Positions 39,896-52,981 of a stretch of DNA of 64,000 nt are shown here, piece by piece; position 1 is the stretch's first letter; every line of letters starts with the position of its first letter. Below the pieces are notes generated by a model, which had not been told where the DNA came from, made no database searches, and saw only the letters and a list, made by a program, of their open reading frames with translations. Both the position numbers and the translations under genes were made by a program. Source of the DNA: Thermoplasmatota archaeon (GTDB lineage: Archaea > Thermoplasmatota > E2 > DHVEG-1 > B18-G2). The stretch covers positions 1 to 64,000 of the forward strand of contig JAPDJO010000028.1 in the NCBI GenBank assembly GCA_029259115.1, given 5' to 3'.

Positions 39896-40443
39896 CTACA
39901 ATTTCTTCCTAAGATATTTTGCCAACATCTCTATGGATTTACCTCTATGAGAGTATCTATTTTTCTCCCGTACGTCCATCTCACCAAAGGTTTTATCTGA
40001 TCCTGAAGGGATAAATATCGGATCGAAACCAAAACCTTTTGTTCCTCTTTCTTCGTGAGATATCATCCCTTGACATGTCCCTATGAATACCTTTGCCTTT
40101 TTTCCTTTTTCCTTGTAGACAATCACAGACCTGAACTCTGCATATCTATCTTCTTCAGCTTCCATAAGTCTCAATATCCCTCTACAACCTATCTTCTTGA
40201 AAACATACGCCGAGTACACTCCTGGAAAACCGTTAAGAGATCTTATAAAAAGCCCAGCATCTTCTAGGAAAAAAGGTTTATCTATCTTCCTGGACAAGTA
40301 TCTCGCTCCGTAAATAGCTACATCAACCAGATTATCTGCCTGAATTTCTGGATAGCCCTTATCGTAATGTAATAACTTTATTCCTATTCTCTCTAACTTC
40401 TCCTTGGCTTCCTTAAATTTTCCCCTGTTTTGAGTAGCGAACA

Positions 40444-40453
<10 letters not shown>
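39896..40453 (-). CDS. rdgB: Non-canonical purine NTP pyrophosphatase (RdgB/HAM1)
   Basis: ATQNRGK, EDAGL..LNGFPGVYS, GFGFDPIF and KNRYSHR. Confidence 0.95.
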
Positions 40454-43716
<3,263 letters not shown>

Positions 43717-43849
43717 ATTATCACCATATTTTTATCTATTTGTGTTTTTTAAATTTGGTGGTTGAAATATCTTAATTACTCTTTGCACTTTTTGGAATTT
43801 TTTGGAATAAAGAAATATTTATTACTAAGATAGGTAGATTTCTAATAAC

Positions 43850-45187
43850 ATGTCAGATGATCTCGACATCCTGGGAGTGCTACCATCAGATAGGAAAAAA
43901 CTGGAATCCATGGGAATAACTAGGATAGAGCAGATCGCATTACTTACTCCTCAACAACTAGGAATGGGAAAAAGTAAAGGAGAGAGTTTGATACGAAGGG
44001 CTCACAACATAATAGCAAGTAGAAGCATAGAAGATATAGAGATAGGAGAGAAAGAGATCAGAGTTAAAGTTGATTCTTTAAGCAAACCCGTCAAAAAATC
44101 TGTTCTTTCTGTTCTTGGAGTATACGAGCTTCATCCAGGTAGCGTGATGGTCTCAGAGAAAGGAAACGTTATTTACATATACAAGAAGTCTCCGGTTTTC
44201 TCAAAGATCGTGGAAAATGCAGAGATACAGAAATCTATGATAGAGGAGAGGAGACAAAACGAGCTCAAATCAAAGGGTTTGACATTAGACTTAGAAGAAA
44301 TCAGAGATTTTGCAATAAACAGAGGATTTGAAGGATTTTGGAAGAACGTATTCAGTGAGATAAAAGGAAATGAGATAATGAAAAAATCCCTATCCATAAG
44401 CTTATTCTCGACTTTCGAAGAACCTGTTCATTCCCTGATAATAGGCGAACCAGGGAGCAGCAAGACTTTGGCAAAGGAGATAATAGAATCAACTTTCAAA
44501 GATATATCAACGATAGGAGCAAACACCACTAGAGCGGGCTTGGTTTGCAATCTTGGAACAGGAGATCTTGGAGCTCTTCCTCATTCTCACAATAAGATAG
44601 TATTGGTTGATGAGTTTGACAAGATACCAGAGAGTGATATAGAGTATTGCTATGAGCTTCTCTCCAATGGCAGATGTAGTGTTCACTCGTCTAGAATTCA
44701 TACCAATATAGAGAGTAAATTTATCATGATAGCTTTTGCAAATCCAAAAAAAGGTGTGTTTAAAGGAAATCCAATGGATGAGATTCCTCTACCGCCTTTG
44801 CTTGTAAGTAGATTTGCACTGATTGTCAAAACAGAGAATATAAGTGAAGAAGATAGAAAGGCTCTCTTCAAGGAGAAATTCTACGGAAGATCTGAGATAA
44901 GGGTAAAACCAGAATACTATGACCAGTGGATAAAGTTGTCTAGGGAATTTTATCCCAATATTACTGCAAGTGAAAGAGATGTTGATAGATACATAGACAA
45001 GGTGTCTAAGTTAGTAGAGGTATATCAATCTACAAATCTGAGGAGAGATTTGAGAATGGGAGACTACATACGAAGAATTCCCTTCTCCATAGCGAGAGCT
45101 GGCTTTAGAGATATCGACTCTGATATATTAAGAGAAAGCGAGAATATTTTAGAGGAATCAATAAGAAGTTGGGAGGAGAATGGATAA
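43850..45187 (+). CDS. MCM-family AAA+ ATPase core fused to an N-terminal helix-hairpin-helix (RadA-N-like) domain
   Basis: IKGNE, HSLIIGEPGSSKT (Walker A), LVDEFDKI (Walker B), AFANP and LVSRF (Arg finger). The N-terminus LGVLPSDRKKLESMGITRIEQIALLTPQQL-GMG resembles an HhH domain. Confidence 0.8.
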   Translation: MSDDLDILGVLPSDRKKLESMGITRIEQIALLTPQQLGMGKSKGESLIRRAHNIIASRSIEDIEIGEKEIRVKVDSLSKPVKKSVLSVLGVYELHPGSVMVSEKGNVIYIYKKSPVFSKIVENAEIQKSMIEERRQNELKSKGLTLDLEEIRDFAINRGFEGFWKNVFSEIKGNEIMKKSLSISLFSTFEEPVHSLIIGEPGSSKTLAKEIIESTFKDISTIGANTTRAGLVCNLGTGDLGALPHSHNKIVLVDEFDKIPESDIEYCYELLSNGRCSVHSSRIHTNIESKFIMIAFANPKKGVFKGNPMDEIPLPPLLVSRFALIVKTENISEEDRKALFKEKFYGRSEIRVKPEYYDQWIKLSREFYPNITASERDVDRYIDKVSKLVEVYQSTNLRRDLRMGDYIRRIPFSIARAGFRDIDSDILRESENILEESIRSWEENG

Positions 45188-45671
45188 AAGGATTCTAGAT
45201 ATATTTTACTCTAGAGATCGAAATGTGGCTGAGATAACAATGCAGGCAATATATAGAGAATATCAAGATATACTAGAACCAAAAATCGTGGGAATGCTTG
45301 AGTTAGATAAGAATTGTTTTTCTGAGGAGAGAAATCAATACGATGCCGATCTCCTCTTGACCAAATTGAGGAAGAATAAAAATCTTTTTCTCTGGGTGGT
45401 TCACGATGACATCTTTTCAGATGATCTCAATTTTGTATTTGGATGTGCGATTCCTCTCAAGGGAGCTATACTATCAACATTTCGCTTGAGATCAAAGGAT
45501 CTGATAGAAAAAGAAGCAATCCATGAGATAGGTCATGTTTTGGGATTAACTCATTGTAAAAACGAATGTGTCATGATGTTCTCCAACTCCTTATATGAAG
45601 CTATCTTAAAACCGAAAAATCTATGTGATTCTTGTAGAGAAAAATTGAGAAAGGTCTATGGCTATGTTTAA
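45180..45671 (+). CDS. Archaemetzincin-like Zn protease (M54)
   Basis: [36 protein letters not shown] and LCDSC. Confidence 0.9.
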   Translation: MDKRILDIFYSRDRNVAEITMQAIYREYQDILEPKIVGMLELDKNCFSEERNQYDADLLLTKLRKNKNLFLWVVHDDIFSDDLNFVFGCAIPLKGAILSTFRLRSKDLIEKEAIHEIGHVLGLTHCKNECVMMFSNSLYEAILKPKNLCDSCREKLRKVYGYV

Positions 45672-46287
45672 GAAGAAGCACTTAGCCAAAATACTTTCCA
45701 ATCTAGAAGGATTTGACAAACCAAAGGTGGAACTGGAACAATACGAGACGCCTGGCGATGTTGCTGCAGAGCTACTTTGGACAGCAGATATGAAAGGGAA
45801 AATCAAAAATAGAACCGTGGCTGATCTTGGCTGCGGAACAGGTATACTATCTATAGGTTGCGCCCTGCTTGGTGCAAAGAAAGTTTATGCCGTGGATATA
45901 GATAGAGAAGCTATAACTATAGCAAAAAGGAATGCTGTAAAAATGGGTTGCTCCGATAATATCGATTTCTTCGAAATGGATGTGTCAGGTTTTGACATCA
46001 AGGTCGATACTGTTGTTATGAATCCACCTTTTGGATGTCAATCTAGAAACGCTGATAGACCTTTTCTTCAGAAGAGCTTTGAAATCAGTAACGATGTTTT
46101 TTCTCTACATCTAGCCAAGGAAGAAGTTGAAAGATTTTTGAAGAGATACTCAGAGGAACTCGGATTTAGAGCACATTTCATAAAGAAAGTGAAAATGGAA
46201 ATACCGGCAAAGTTCTTCTTTCACAAAAAGAGAATAGATAGAATAGATGTGAATATAATTCATTTCGAGAGGATAAAGGATGTATGA
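45658..46287 (+). CDS. METTL5-family N6-adenine RNA methyltransferase
   Basis: LEQYETP, DLGCGTG and VVMNPPFG motifs. Confidence 0.9.
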   Translation: MAMFKKKHLAKILSNLEGFDKPKVELEQYETPGDVAAELLWTADMKGKIKNRTVADLGCGTGILSIGCALLGAKKVYAVDIDREAITIAKRNAVKMGCSDNIDFFEMDVSGFDIKVDTVVMNPPFGCQSRNADRPFLQKSFEISNDVFSLHLAKEEVERFLKRYSEELGFRAHFIKKVKMEIPAKFFFHKKRIDRIDVNIIHFERIKDV

Positions 46288-46999
46288 CCCCATAGAGCTG
46301 TCAAAGAAAACCGAAAAGATCGTTGTAAAGGATGGAAAGAAAAAGTATCACAGATTTAGATTTACCAGATTCTATGGTTGCTCTGCAACAGCAGACTCTG
46401 TAGGATGTAACTTGAGATGTATATTCTGTTGGTCTGATAGAGCCGTGAGATTGCCGAACAAGATGGGCAGATTCTACTCTCCTGATGAAGTAGTAGATAA
46501 GCTTATAGAGTTAGCTAATAACAATAAATGCAAGATAATAAGGATATCTGGAGCTGAACCAACTATAGGAAGATCTCATCTTTTAGCTCTTTTAGATCTA
46601 GTAGATGCATACGATAAGATCTTTATTCTTGAGACTAACGGGATATTGCTGGGGGCAGATAGAAAATATGTCGAGGAGCTTTCGGGCTATAATAGATTAC
46701 ATGTAAGAGTATCTTTAAAGGGTTGCAGTGAAGAGGAGTTTAGATTTTTGACCAGAGCTAAAAATGGTTTTTCCTATCAGATAAGATCTTTAGAGTATCT
46801 ATCTGACTATGGAGTATCTTTCCATCCATCTGTTGTATCCACGAGGGGAGAAGAAGAAAAGATAATAGAAACTCTCGAGAATATTGGTATAAGGAGGAAT
46901 GTAATAGAATGGGAGAAACTAAAACTCTACCCTCCAGTTAAGGAGAGATTAAGGAGGTTAAATTTGTTGGATAAACTTGCTGACGTATGGGAAGATTGA
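46280..46999 (+). CDS. Radical SAM protein (activase-like archaeal family)
   Basis: [26 protein letters not shown] and FILETNG. Confidence 0.9.
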   Translation: MYDPIELSKKTEKIVVKDGKKKYHRFRFTRFYGCSATADSVGCNLRCIFCWSDRAVRLPNKMGRFYSPDEVVDKLIELANNNKCKIIRISGAEPTIGRSHLLALLDLVDAYDKIFILETNGILLGADRKYVEELSGYNRLHVRVSLKGCSEEEFRFLTRAKNGFSYQIRSLEYLSDYGVSFHPSVVSTRGEEEKIIETLENIGIRRNVIEWEKLKLYPPVKERLRRLNLLDKLADVWED

Positions 47000-47042
47000 A
47001 AATTATAAAAATATTTATATTCAGAGAATTGTATTTACAAGT

Positions 47043-47107
47043 GGATGGGGGTTCTCGGATTCAGCCCTCCTCTCCTCATCCCTCCTAGCTTTTTAGCCCC
47101 CATCCCA
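47043..47107 (+). ncRNA. Candidate small RNA: GC-rich closing stem with CU-rich (anti-SD-like) loop
   Basis: GGATGGGG/CCCCATCC terminal stem; loop CCCTCCTCTCCTCATCCCTCCTAG; TTTATAT box at about 47014-47020, roughly 25 nt upstream. Confidence 0.45.
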
Positions 47108-47110
47108 TAA

Positions 47111-48196
47111 CTATTCTAACTTTTCCACACCAACTTTTTCTGCGATCTCATTTATCTCTTCTAGGACCTTGTGATATATTGGTATACCTATCTTTAATCT
47201 AGTCTCTGCTGTTAAAGCTCCTTTCTCTCCTGGATACCATATCTTCTTTCCCTCTTTGGCTTTGCTTTTCTTTATATCCATGATCATCTCTTTCATTCTT
47301 CTCTTGAACTCTTCTAGAGGCATAAAAGCCTCAACATTTATAGCGATAAACATGTGCCCAACATTGCTATTTTTCTCATCCGTGTTTTTAACCCATTTGC
47401 TCCATGTCGCATTGGTCAATACTCCGCTTAAAATATCTACCACTAAGCTCAAACCATAGCCTTTATGACCTCCCAGTATTTCACCTATCCCTCCAAGCGG
47501 AAGCTCAGCTCCCTCAGATAGAACCTCGTTAGGATCCGTTGTTATTTCTCCGTACCTATCGACTCCCCAGCCTTCAGGGATTGGTTTATCCTTTCTCCTG
47601 TACAGCTCGAACTTTCCAGTTGAGACTACGCTCGTCGCCATATCGAGTAAAAACGGGGGCATGTCTTCTATTGGAGCACCTATGGCTATAGGATTTGTTC
47701 CTATGACCTTTTCTATACCCCACGTAGGTGTAACCAAAGGTCTAGTTGTTGTCATCGATATGCCTATAAGTTCTTCATCTACAGCCATAAGAGAGTAATG
47801 TCCAGCTATACCAAAGTGATTGCTATTTCTTACGCCTACCATCCCAAATAGATTTTCCTTAGCTTTATCTATAGCCATTTTCATCGCTTTGTAGCTCACG
47901 GGCTGGCCTAAACCTTCATCTCCATCCAGAAGCGCATGCACCTTGCTTTCCCTTTCTATCCTTATATTTGGTCTGAGATTGACAGCATTCTTCTCTATAG
48001 CTTTAACATATCTCTTCAGTCTCTGAGCACCGTGACTTTCTACGCCTCTAAGATCAGCGATTATGAGATTGTCTGCAACTATCCTTGCATCCTCTTCTGG
48101 TACAGATAAAGCTGTCAAGATATCTACGTAGAATCTATGCAATCTGTCTTTTGAAAACCTTACATAACTCTCATCTACTTCCACCTTTTCAAACAT
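47111..48196 (-). CDS. Ldh_2-family (malate/L-lactate/sulfolactate) oxidoreductase
   Basis: ADLRGVESHG, RNSNHFG, GTNPIA, LDMATS, GGHKGYGL and YPGE. Confidence 0.93.
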   Translation of the reverse strand: MFEKVEVDESYVRFSKDRLHRFYVDILTALSVPEEDARIVADNLIIADLRGVESHGAQRLKRYVKAIEKNAVNLRPNIRIERESKVHALLDGDEGLGQPVSYKAMKMAIDKAKENLFGMVGVRNSNHFGIAGHYSLMAVDEELIGISMTTTRPLVTPTWGIEKVIGTNPIAIGAPIEDMPPFLLDMATSVVSTGKFELYRRKDKPIPEGWGVDRYGEITTDPNEVLSEGAELPLGGIGEILGGHKGYGLSLVVDILSGVLTNATWSKWVKNTDEKNSNVGHMFIAINVEAFMPLEEFKRRMKEMIMDIKKSKAKEGKKIWYPGEKGALTAETRLKIGIPIYHKVLEEINEIAEKVGVEKLE

Positions 48197-48227
48197 GGAG
48201 CAAGGTATAAGAAAACTAAATTTTAAA

Positions 48228-48614
48228 TCATTTTGATTCGCAGTATCTTTTCATAACAGCTTTTCTTGCCGTCTCAGAGTTAAACCTATGTTGTTTTTTC
48301 TTATACTTCAAAAACTCGAGCATTCTCTGTGCCTCCTCCTTGCGATTTTTCAGATAGGGAATCACATTAGTAAGTAGATGATAAAGTTCTACTCTGCTAT
48401 GAACCAGCCAAGTGTAGACGATTTTTCCGTTTCTCACGGTTTCTTTCACGCGGCCCATGTTTGTTAATCTGTAAAGTAATCTGATTATCGAACCATCTAC
48501 GGTTGATATCTTGAATGTGTGAAAATGGTGACCTTTTTCATTAACTCTATAGTAAAAACAGCCTCTCTTATCTATAAAAGCAGCTATGATTGGAGCAGTA
48601 TTGCTATCTATCAT
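48228..48614 (-). CDS. Stand-alone LAGLIDADG-like protein with degenerate motif
   Basis: IIAAFIDKRGCF helix; G.V......YTW.V; L..VIPYLKNRKEEA pattern typical of the LAGLIDADG fold. Confidence 0.7.
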   Translation of the reverse strand: MIDSNTAPIIAAFIDKRGCFYYRVNEKGHHFHTFKISTVDGSIIRLLYRLTNMGRVKETVRNGKIVYTWLVHSRVELYHLLTNVIPYLKNRKEEAQRMLEFLKYKKKQHRFNSETARKAVMKRYCESK

Positions 48615-48650
48615 CAAATATAATATATACTTTACTCATAATAAATTTTA

Positions 48651-49100
48651 CTATATACTTTTAATTATATCTAAAGCTTCTTTTAAACACCTCCCTATAG
48701 ATATCCTTCCAAGAATTTCGCTAGATATAAATCTTTCCTCCTTTAGACTCTTCAGTACATCGAGTATTTGTTCTATTCTGAGTTGAAAATCCAAACATTC
48801 ATGGAGATGTATCACGGCATTAACATCAGGTAGTCTGTATATCATCCAGTGAATTGGTAAAGAGGGAGGAGGCTGATTATAGCCTATAACAAGAGCCGTA
48901 TCCGTCGATATGTTGTAGTCTACAACTTCAACAAAATCATCCTCACTTAAATTTTTAAGTTCTGGATTCGTCGAGATCAGTATTCTATTCCCATACCTAA
49001 CACTTATCGTTCCTCTCTGATCCATTTCTCTTCCTATATCAATGATCTCTTTCACATAAGGGTTTCTAACCTTTTCTCTAGATAGAATTATCACTCTCAC
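48651..49100 (-). CDS. Class II aldolase/adducin-like protein, short and degenerate
   Basis: GTISVRYG.RILIS, L..DDFVEV and PIHWMIYRLPDVNAVIHLH. Confidence 0.7.
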   Translation of the reverse strand: MRVIILSREKVRNPYVKEIIDIGREMDQRGTISVRYGNRILISTNPELKNLSEDDFVEVVDYNISTDTALVIGYNQPPPSLPIHWMIYRLPDVNAVIHLHECLDFQLRIEQILDVLKSLKEERFISSEILGRISIGRCLKEALDIIKSI

Positions 49101-49169
49101 ATACCCTATATCTACTTCCAGTAATAAACCTTTTATAAGCGATCCAAATTCCTTACTTTGGGGATAATT

Positions 49170-49970
49170 ATGGATTGGGGGATGAAAAACAGATTATCCA
49201 GAATAATAAAACCGAAGGATAATAGAACGGTTATGCTAGCTGTGGATCATGGCTATTTTATGGGTCCGACAACAGGTCTAGAGAATCTAGGTAAGACCGT
49301 GATACCTCTTCTGCCCTATGCTGATAGTCTCATGCTAACCAGAGGTGCACTCAGGAGATACATACCTCCAGAGACAGATACCCCTATCGTTTTAAGAATA
49401 TCTGGAGGCACAAGTATAGTTGGCAAGGAACTCCTTCACGAAGGAATCATAACCTCTATGAAGGAAGCAATAAGATTGAATGTTGCAGGAGTTGCTTTCT
49501 CTATCCTCATTGGAGCAGATTTTGAAAGAGATACATTACTCGGACTTGCAAAAGTAGTTGATGAAGCAGAGGAGTATGGTATTCCCGTGGTAGCAGTAAC
49601 CGCTGTTGGAAGAGACATGAACAAAGATGCCAAGTATCTCAGCCTAGCATCGAGGATGGCAGCAGAATTCGGCGCTCATATAGTGAAGACATACTACTGC
49701 GAGAACTTTGAAAGAGTCGTAGATACTTGCCCAGTTCCAATAGTCATAGCTGGCGGAAAAAAGATAGACGAAAAAGATGCTCTAGAGATGACATACAATG
49801 CCATACAAGCCGGAGCAGCAGGCGTCGACATGGGTAGAAATATATTCCAGTCCAGCAATCCAGTTGGAATGATAAAGGCAATAAGAGCCATAGTTCATGA
49901 GGGTGCAACTCCAAAAGAAGCTTATGAGATTTTCAAAGAAGAACCTTTGGTAGAGGTAAGGAGCGAGTAA
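49170..49970 (+). CDS. lsrF: LsrF-like class I aldolase/thiolase
   Basis: MDWGMKNRLSRI, LAVDHGYFMGPTTGL, VKTYY, IAGGKK and GVDMGRNIFQ. Confidence 0.88.
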   Translation: MDWGMKNRLSRIIKPKDNRTVMLAVDHGYFMGPTTGLENLGKTVIPLLPYADSLMLTRGALRRYIPPETDTPIVLRISGGTSIVGKELLHEGIITSMKEAIRLNVAGVAFSILIGADFERDTLLGLAKVVDEAEEYGIPVVAVTAVGRDMNKDAKYLSLASRMAAEFGAHIVKTYYCENFERVVDTCPVPIVIAGGKKIDEKDALEMTYNAIQAGAAGVDMGRNIFQSSNPVGMIKAIRAIVHEGATPKEAYEIFKEEPLVEVRSE

Positions 49971-49974
49971 TCAT

Positions 49975-51003
49975 ATGGGAAAGATGAAGGTTGGAGTCTA
50001 CTACAATAACAAAGATGTCAGGGTAGAATATAGAGAGATACCAGAGATCGGAGATAGAGAGATACTAGTTAGAGTGAGAGCATGTGGTATATGTGGAAGC
50101 GACGTAATGGAATGGTACAGGATAAAGAAAGCTCCAAGAGTCTTAGGGCATGAGATGACTGGAGATATCGCTAAGATCGGAAAAGAAGTCAAAGATTTTA
50201 AAGTCGGAGACAGGGTTTTTGTTTCTCATCACGTCCCCTGCAACTCCTGTAGATATTGTCTGAGAGGGGATCACACCCTTTGCGATACTCTACATTCTAC
50301 AAACTTTGACCCTGGTGGATTTTCTGAGTATGTTAGGATTCCGGAGATAAATGTTAGAACTGGGACATTTCTGCTTCCCGATGAGATATCCTATGATGAG
50401 GGTGTATTTATAGAGCCTTTAGCTTGCGTAATAAGAGGTTTCAGGATAGCTGAAATAAAACCAAATCAAACTATAGCAGTTATAGGAAGCGGCATAGCTG
50501 GATTATTGCAGATAAAGTTAGCTAGGGCATGGGGAGCTAAAAAGATAATAGCTGTGGATATCAATGATTATAGACTGAGGAAAGCAAAGGAGTTCGGTGC
50601 TGATCTTACCTTGAACGCATCCGAAGATGTTCCAAGGAGAATAATGGAAGAGAACGACGGTTACCTTGCTGATACAGTTATACTTTCAGCAGGAGTGAAA
50701 TCTGCATTTATCCAAGCTCTTAAATGCGTAGATAGAGGAGGGACTCTCCTTCTGTTTGCCCCTTTACCTCCAGATGTCGATATTCCTGTAAACGTGTTTG
50801 ATGTGTGGAATAGACAGATAAAGATAGTATCTACGTATGCGGGGGCGCCGAGAGATATAAGGGAGGCAATAGAAATACTAAAGAGCAGAAAGATCAGAGT
50901 TGACGATATGATCACGCATAGGCTAAGTTTGAATGAGATTCAAAAGGGTTTTGAGTTGGTAGCTGAAGCTCAAGAGTCTCTTAAAGTGGTGATTTATCCT
51001 TAG
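49975..51003 (+). CDS. Zn-dependent medium-chain alcohol/polyol dehydrogenase
   Basis: CGICGSD, LGHE, CxxCxxC..C, EPLAC and GSGIAG. Confidence 0.93.
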   Translation: MGKMKVGVYYNNKDVRVEYREIPEIGDREILVRVRACGICGSDVMEWYRIKKAPRVLGHEMTGDIAKIGKEVKDFKVGDRVFVSHHVPCNSCRYCLRGDHTLCDTLHSTNFDPGGFSEYVRIPEINVRTGTFLLPDEISYDEGVFIEPLACVIRGFRIAEIKPNQTIAVIGSGIAGLLQIKLARAWGAKKIIAVDINDYRLRKAKEFGADLTLNASEDVPRRIMEENDGYLADTVILSAGVKSAFIQALKCVDRGGTLLLFAPLPPDVDIPVNVFDVWNRQIKIVSTYAGAPRDIREAIEILKSRKIRVDDMITHRLSLNEIQKGFELVAEAQESLKVVIYP

Positions 51004-51120
51004 ACACGATTTTATTTATTTAGAAAAAATTTAAATATGCCTTTTTAAATCGCCGATAAAACTTCAAGACACGAGCTGTAAAAGAAAGGTTATATATTTC
51101 AAAGAGAAGAGGGTGAAACT

Positions 51121-52851
51121 ATGAGGAAATGGTCAGTTATGTTTGGCATATTTTTGCTTCTAGCCAGCACTTTATCAGTTGTCGAAGGAGAGTATACAGC
51201 AATTTCTTCATCAATGTCAAGTTGTGGAGATGGATGGGAAAGAGGAGAGAATATAGCGTTGGATAAGCCAGTAAGAGGATACAATCTGGTGGATGGTTAC
51301 GATAACCCAGCCTATGCAAATGATGGGATAAAAGATGATGAGACCAAGGTAGTTTCTATAGGGAAATGCCCATCGCCAGAAGGGTGGATAGAGATAGATC
51401 TCCAAAACCCGTACTACATCTATGAAACTAGAATTATAGTCAAAAGAATATGGGTACCATCGGATAAAAAGCAATCTGATATGAAGTTACAGTTGTTTAT
51501 CAAGGGACATTGGATTACAGTATGGTCAGAAAATAACATGCCGAATGGAATAAAACAGGAAATAGTCATCCCTTGTTCAGGATATAAAACTGATAAAGTT
51601 AGAATCGTAAAATCAAAATCAACAGGTTTACTGGAAGATATTCTTACTATATATGAAATAGAGGTTTACGATGCAATAGACATCTCCCCACCTGATACAG
51701 AGATTATAGGAGGACCAGGAAATGGTGTCACGATTGATTATAGAAATGTTAAATTCAAATGGAGAGGAATTGATAATGAACTAGAGGAAGATCTCTCGTA
51801 TGAATGGAGGGTTAAGAACCAAGGTACCTGGTCTGAATGGACAAAAACAAGAGATAAAGAGGTCGTATTACATCTAAAAGAAGGGAAAACAGTATTTGAG
51901 GTTAGATCTATAGATTCTTTTGGAAATGTAGATCCATCACCTGCAAGAGTGAGATTCTATGTGGATCTCTCCTCTCCAGAGGTAAATATAACCATGCCTG
52001 AAGCAGGGTATCTCTATGTGTTTGGGATTAAGGTCTTACCTGTTGTAGTAAATGGTTCGTATGCAGTTGTGATAGGGTCTTGTAAATTAAAGGCATTTGC
52101 TAGAGATGCTGGAGGCGGGCTAAGTCATGGAGAAATATACCTAAACGAGGTACACATAAAACATATAGATTTTCATTGTGAAAAAGAGGTAGATATAGAA
52201 AACGATGTGTACAACGGCTTCTTTAGATACAGGATAGTAGTTTTTGATACATCTGAAAAATCAGCATCTGACTCTATACAAATTAAGGGTTATTCAACTG
52301 GTAGAGATCCTCCAGGATATCTTAGCAATAGAAATGCACCCCCATATCAGGTAACAAAACCTCTTGGTCCATCGACAGGGAAGACCGATAAGATTTACAC
52401 CTTTTCTTGTAAAGCGGAAGATGTAGAAAAAGATGAGATATACTACATGTTTGTGTGGGGGGATGGAACAAACAGTGGATGGATAGGACCATTCAGAGCT
52501 GGAGAAACTGCAGAAGCCTCCCATTCCTGGAGTAAGAAAGGAACATATGAGATAAAAGTATTTGTCAAAGATGATAAAGGCAACCAAGGAGAATGGTACT
52601 CATCCACAACTATAAGGATAGACGATGGAAAGGATAATAGACAAGATAATAATGTGGTTCACAACAAGAGAAATGTATTTGTAATAAAGAGATTCAAACC
52701 CTCACCTATAAAGATATTTACAGGTGAGACGGGTATAAAAGCGATTGTCAGAAATTCAAAAATTCTAAACAAGACGATAACATTTGCTAGAGTCAGAGTC
52801 TCTAAGACAAGAATTACAAAAAGTTTTAACTTAGACAAGATAGGGCATTAA
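51121..52851 (+). CDS. Secreted protein: discoidin (F5/8C)-like, Ig-like and PKD-like domains
   Basis: Signal peptide; NIALDKPV..ANDG..WIEIDL..IYEIEVY; PPDTEI; FVWGDG...HSWSKKGTY; basic tail. Confidence 0.8.
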   Translation: MRKWSVMFGIFLLLASTLSVVEGEYTAISSSMSSCGDGWERGENIALDKPVRGYNLVDGYDNPAYANDGIKDDETKVVSIGKCPSPEGWIEIDLQNPYYIYETRIIVKRIWVPSDKKQSDMKLQLFIKGHWITVWSENNMPNGIKQEIVIPCSGYKTDKVRIVKSKSTGLLEDILTIYEIEVYDAIDISPPDTEIIGGPGNGVTIDYRNVKFKWRGIDNELEEDLSYEWRVKNQGTWSEWTKTRDKEVVLHLKEGKTVFEVRSIDSFGNVDPSPARVRFYVDLSSPEVNITMPEAGYLYVFGIKVLPVVVNGSYAVVIGSCKLKAFARDAGGGLSHGEIYLNEVHIKHIDFHCEKEVDIENDVYNGFFRYRIVVFDTSEKSASDSIQIKGYSTGRDPPGYLSNRNAPPYQVTKPLGPSTGKTDKIYTFSCKAEDVEKDEIYYMFVWGDGTNSGWIGPFRAGETAEASHSWSKKGTYEIKVFVKDDKGNQGEWYSSTTIRIDDGKDNRQDNNVVHNKRNVFVIKRFKPSPIKIFTGETGIKAIVRNSKILNKTITFARVRVSKTRITKSFNLDKIGH

Positions 52852-52922
52852 ATTTCAGGATAAGGATCTGGAACCTCTATAGTTGGGTCGGGTTCTGTTC
52901 CACTACTCTTTCTATTTCCCAT
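52848..52922 (-). CDS. Possible 24-aa leaderless peptide MGNRKSSGTEPDPTIEVPDPYPEI
   Basis: ATG about 25 nt downstream of TTTTATAT (minus strand, about 52947-52954). The stop overlaps that of the convergent gene. Confidence 0.35.
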   Translation of the reverse strand: MGNRKSSGTEPDPTIEVPDPYPEI

Positions 52923-52981
52923 TGTTAATTATCTTTGTGCATTCTCATATAAAAACATTTTCGTACAAAAATTAGCAGAGA

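Noticed and set aside
49170-51003. AI-2 quorum-sensing (lsr) system
   Set aside because: Only an LsrF-like gene is present. lsrK, lsrG, lsrR and the ABC transporter are absent from the window.
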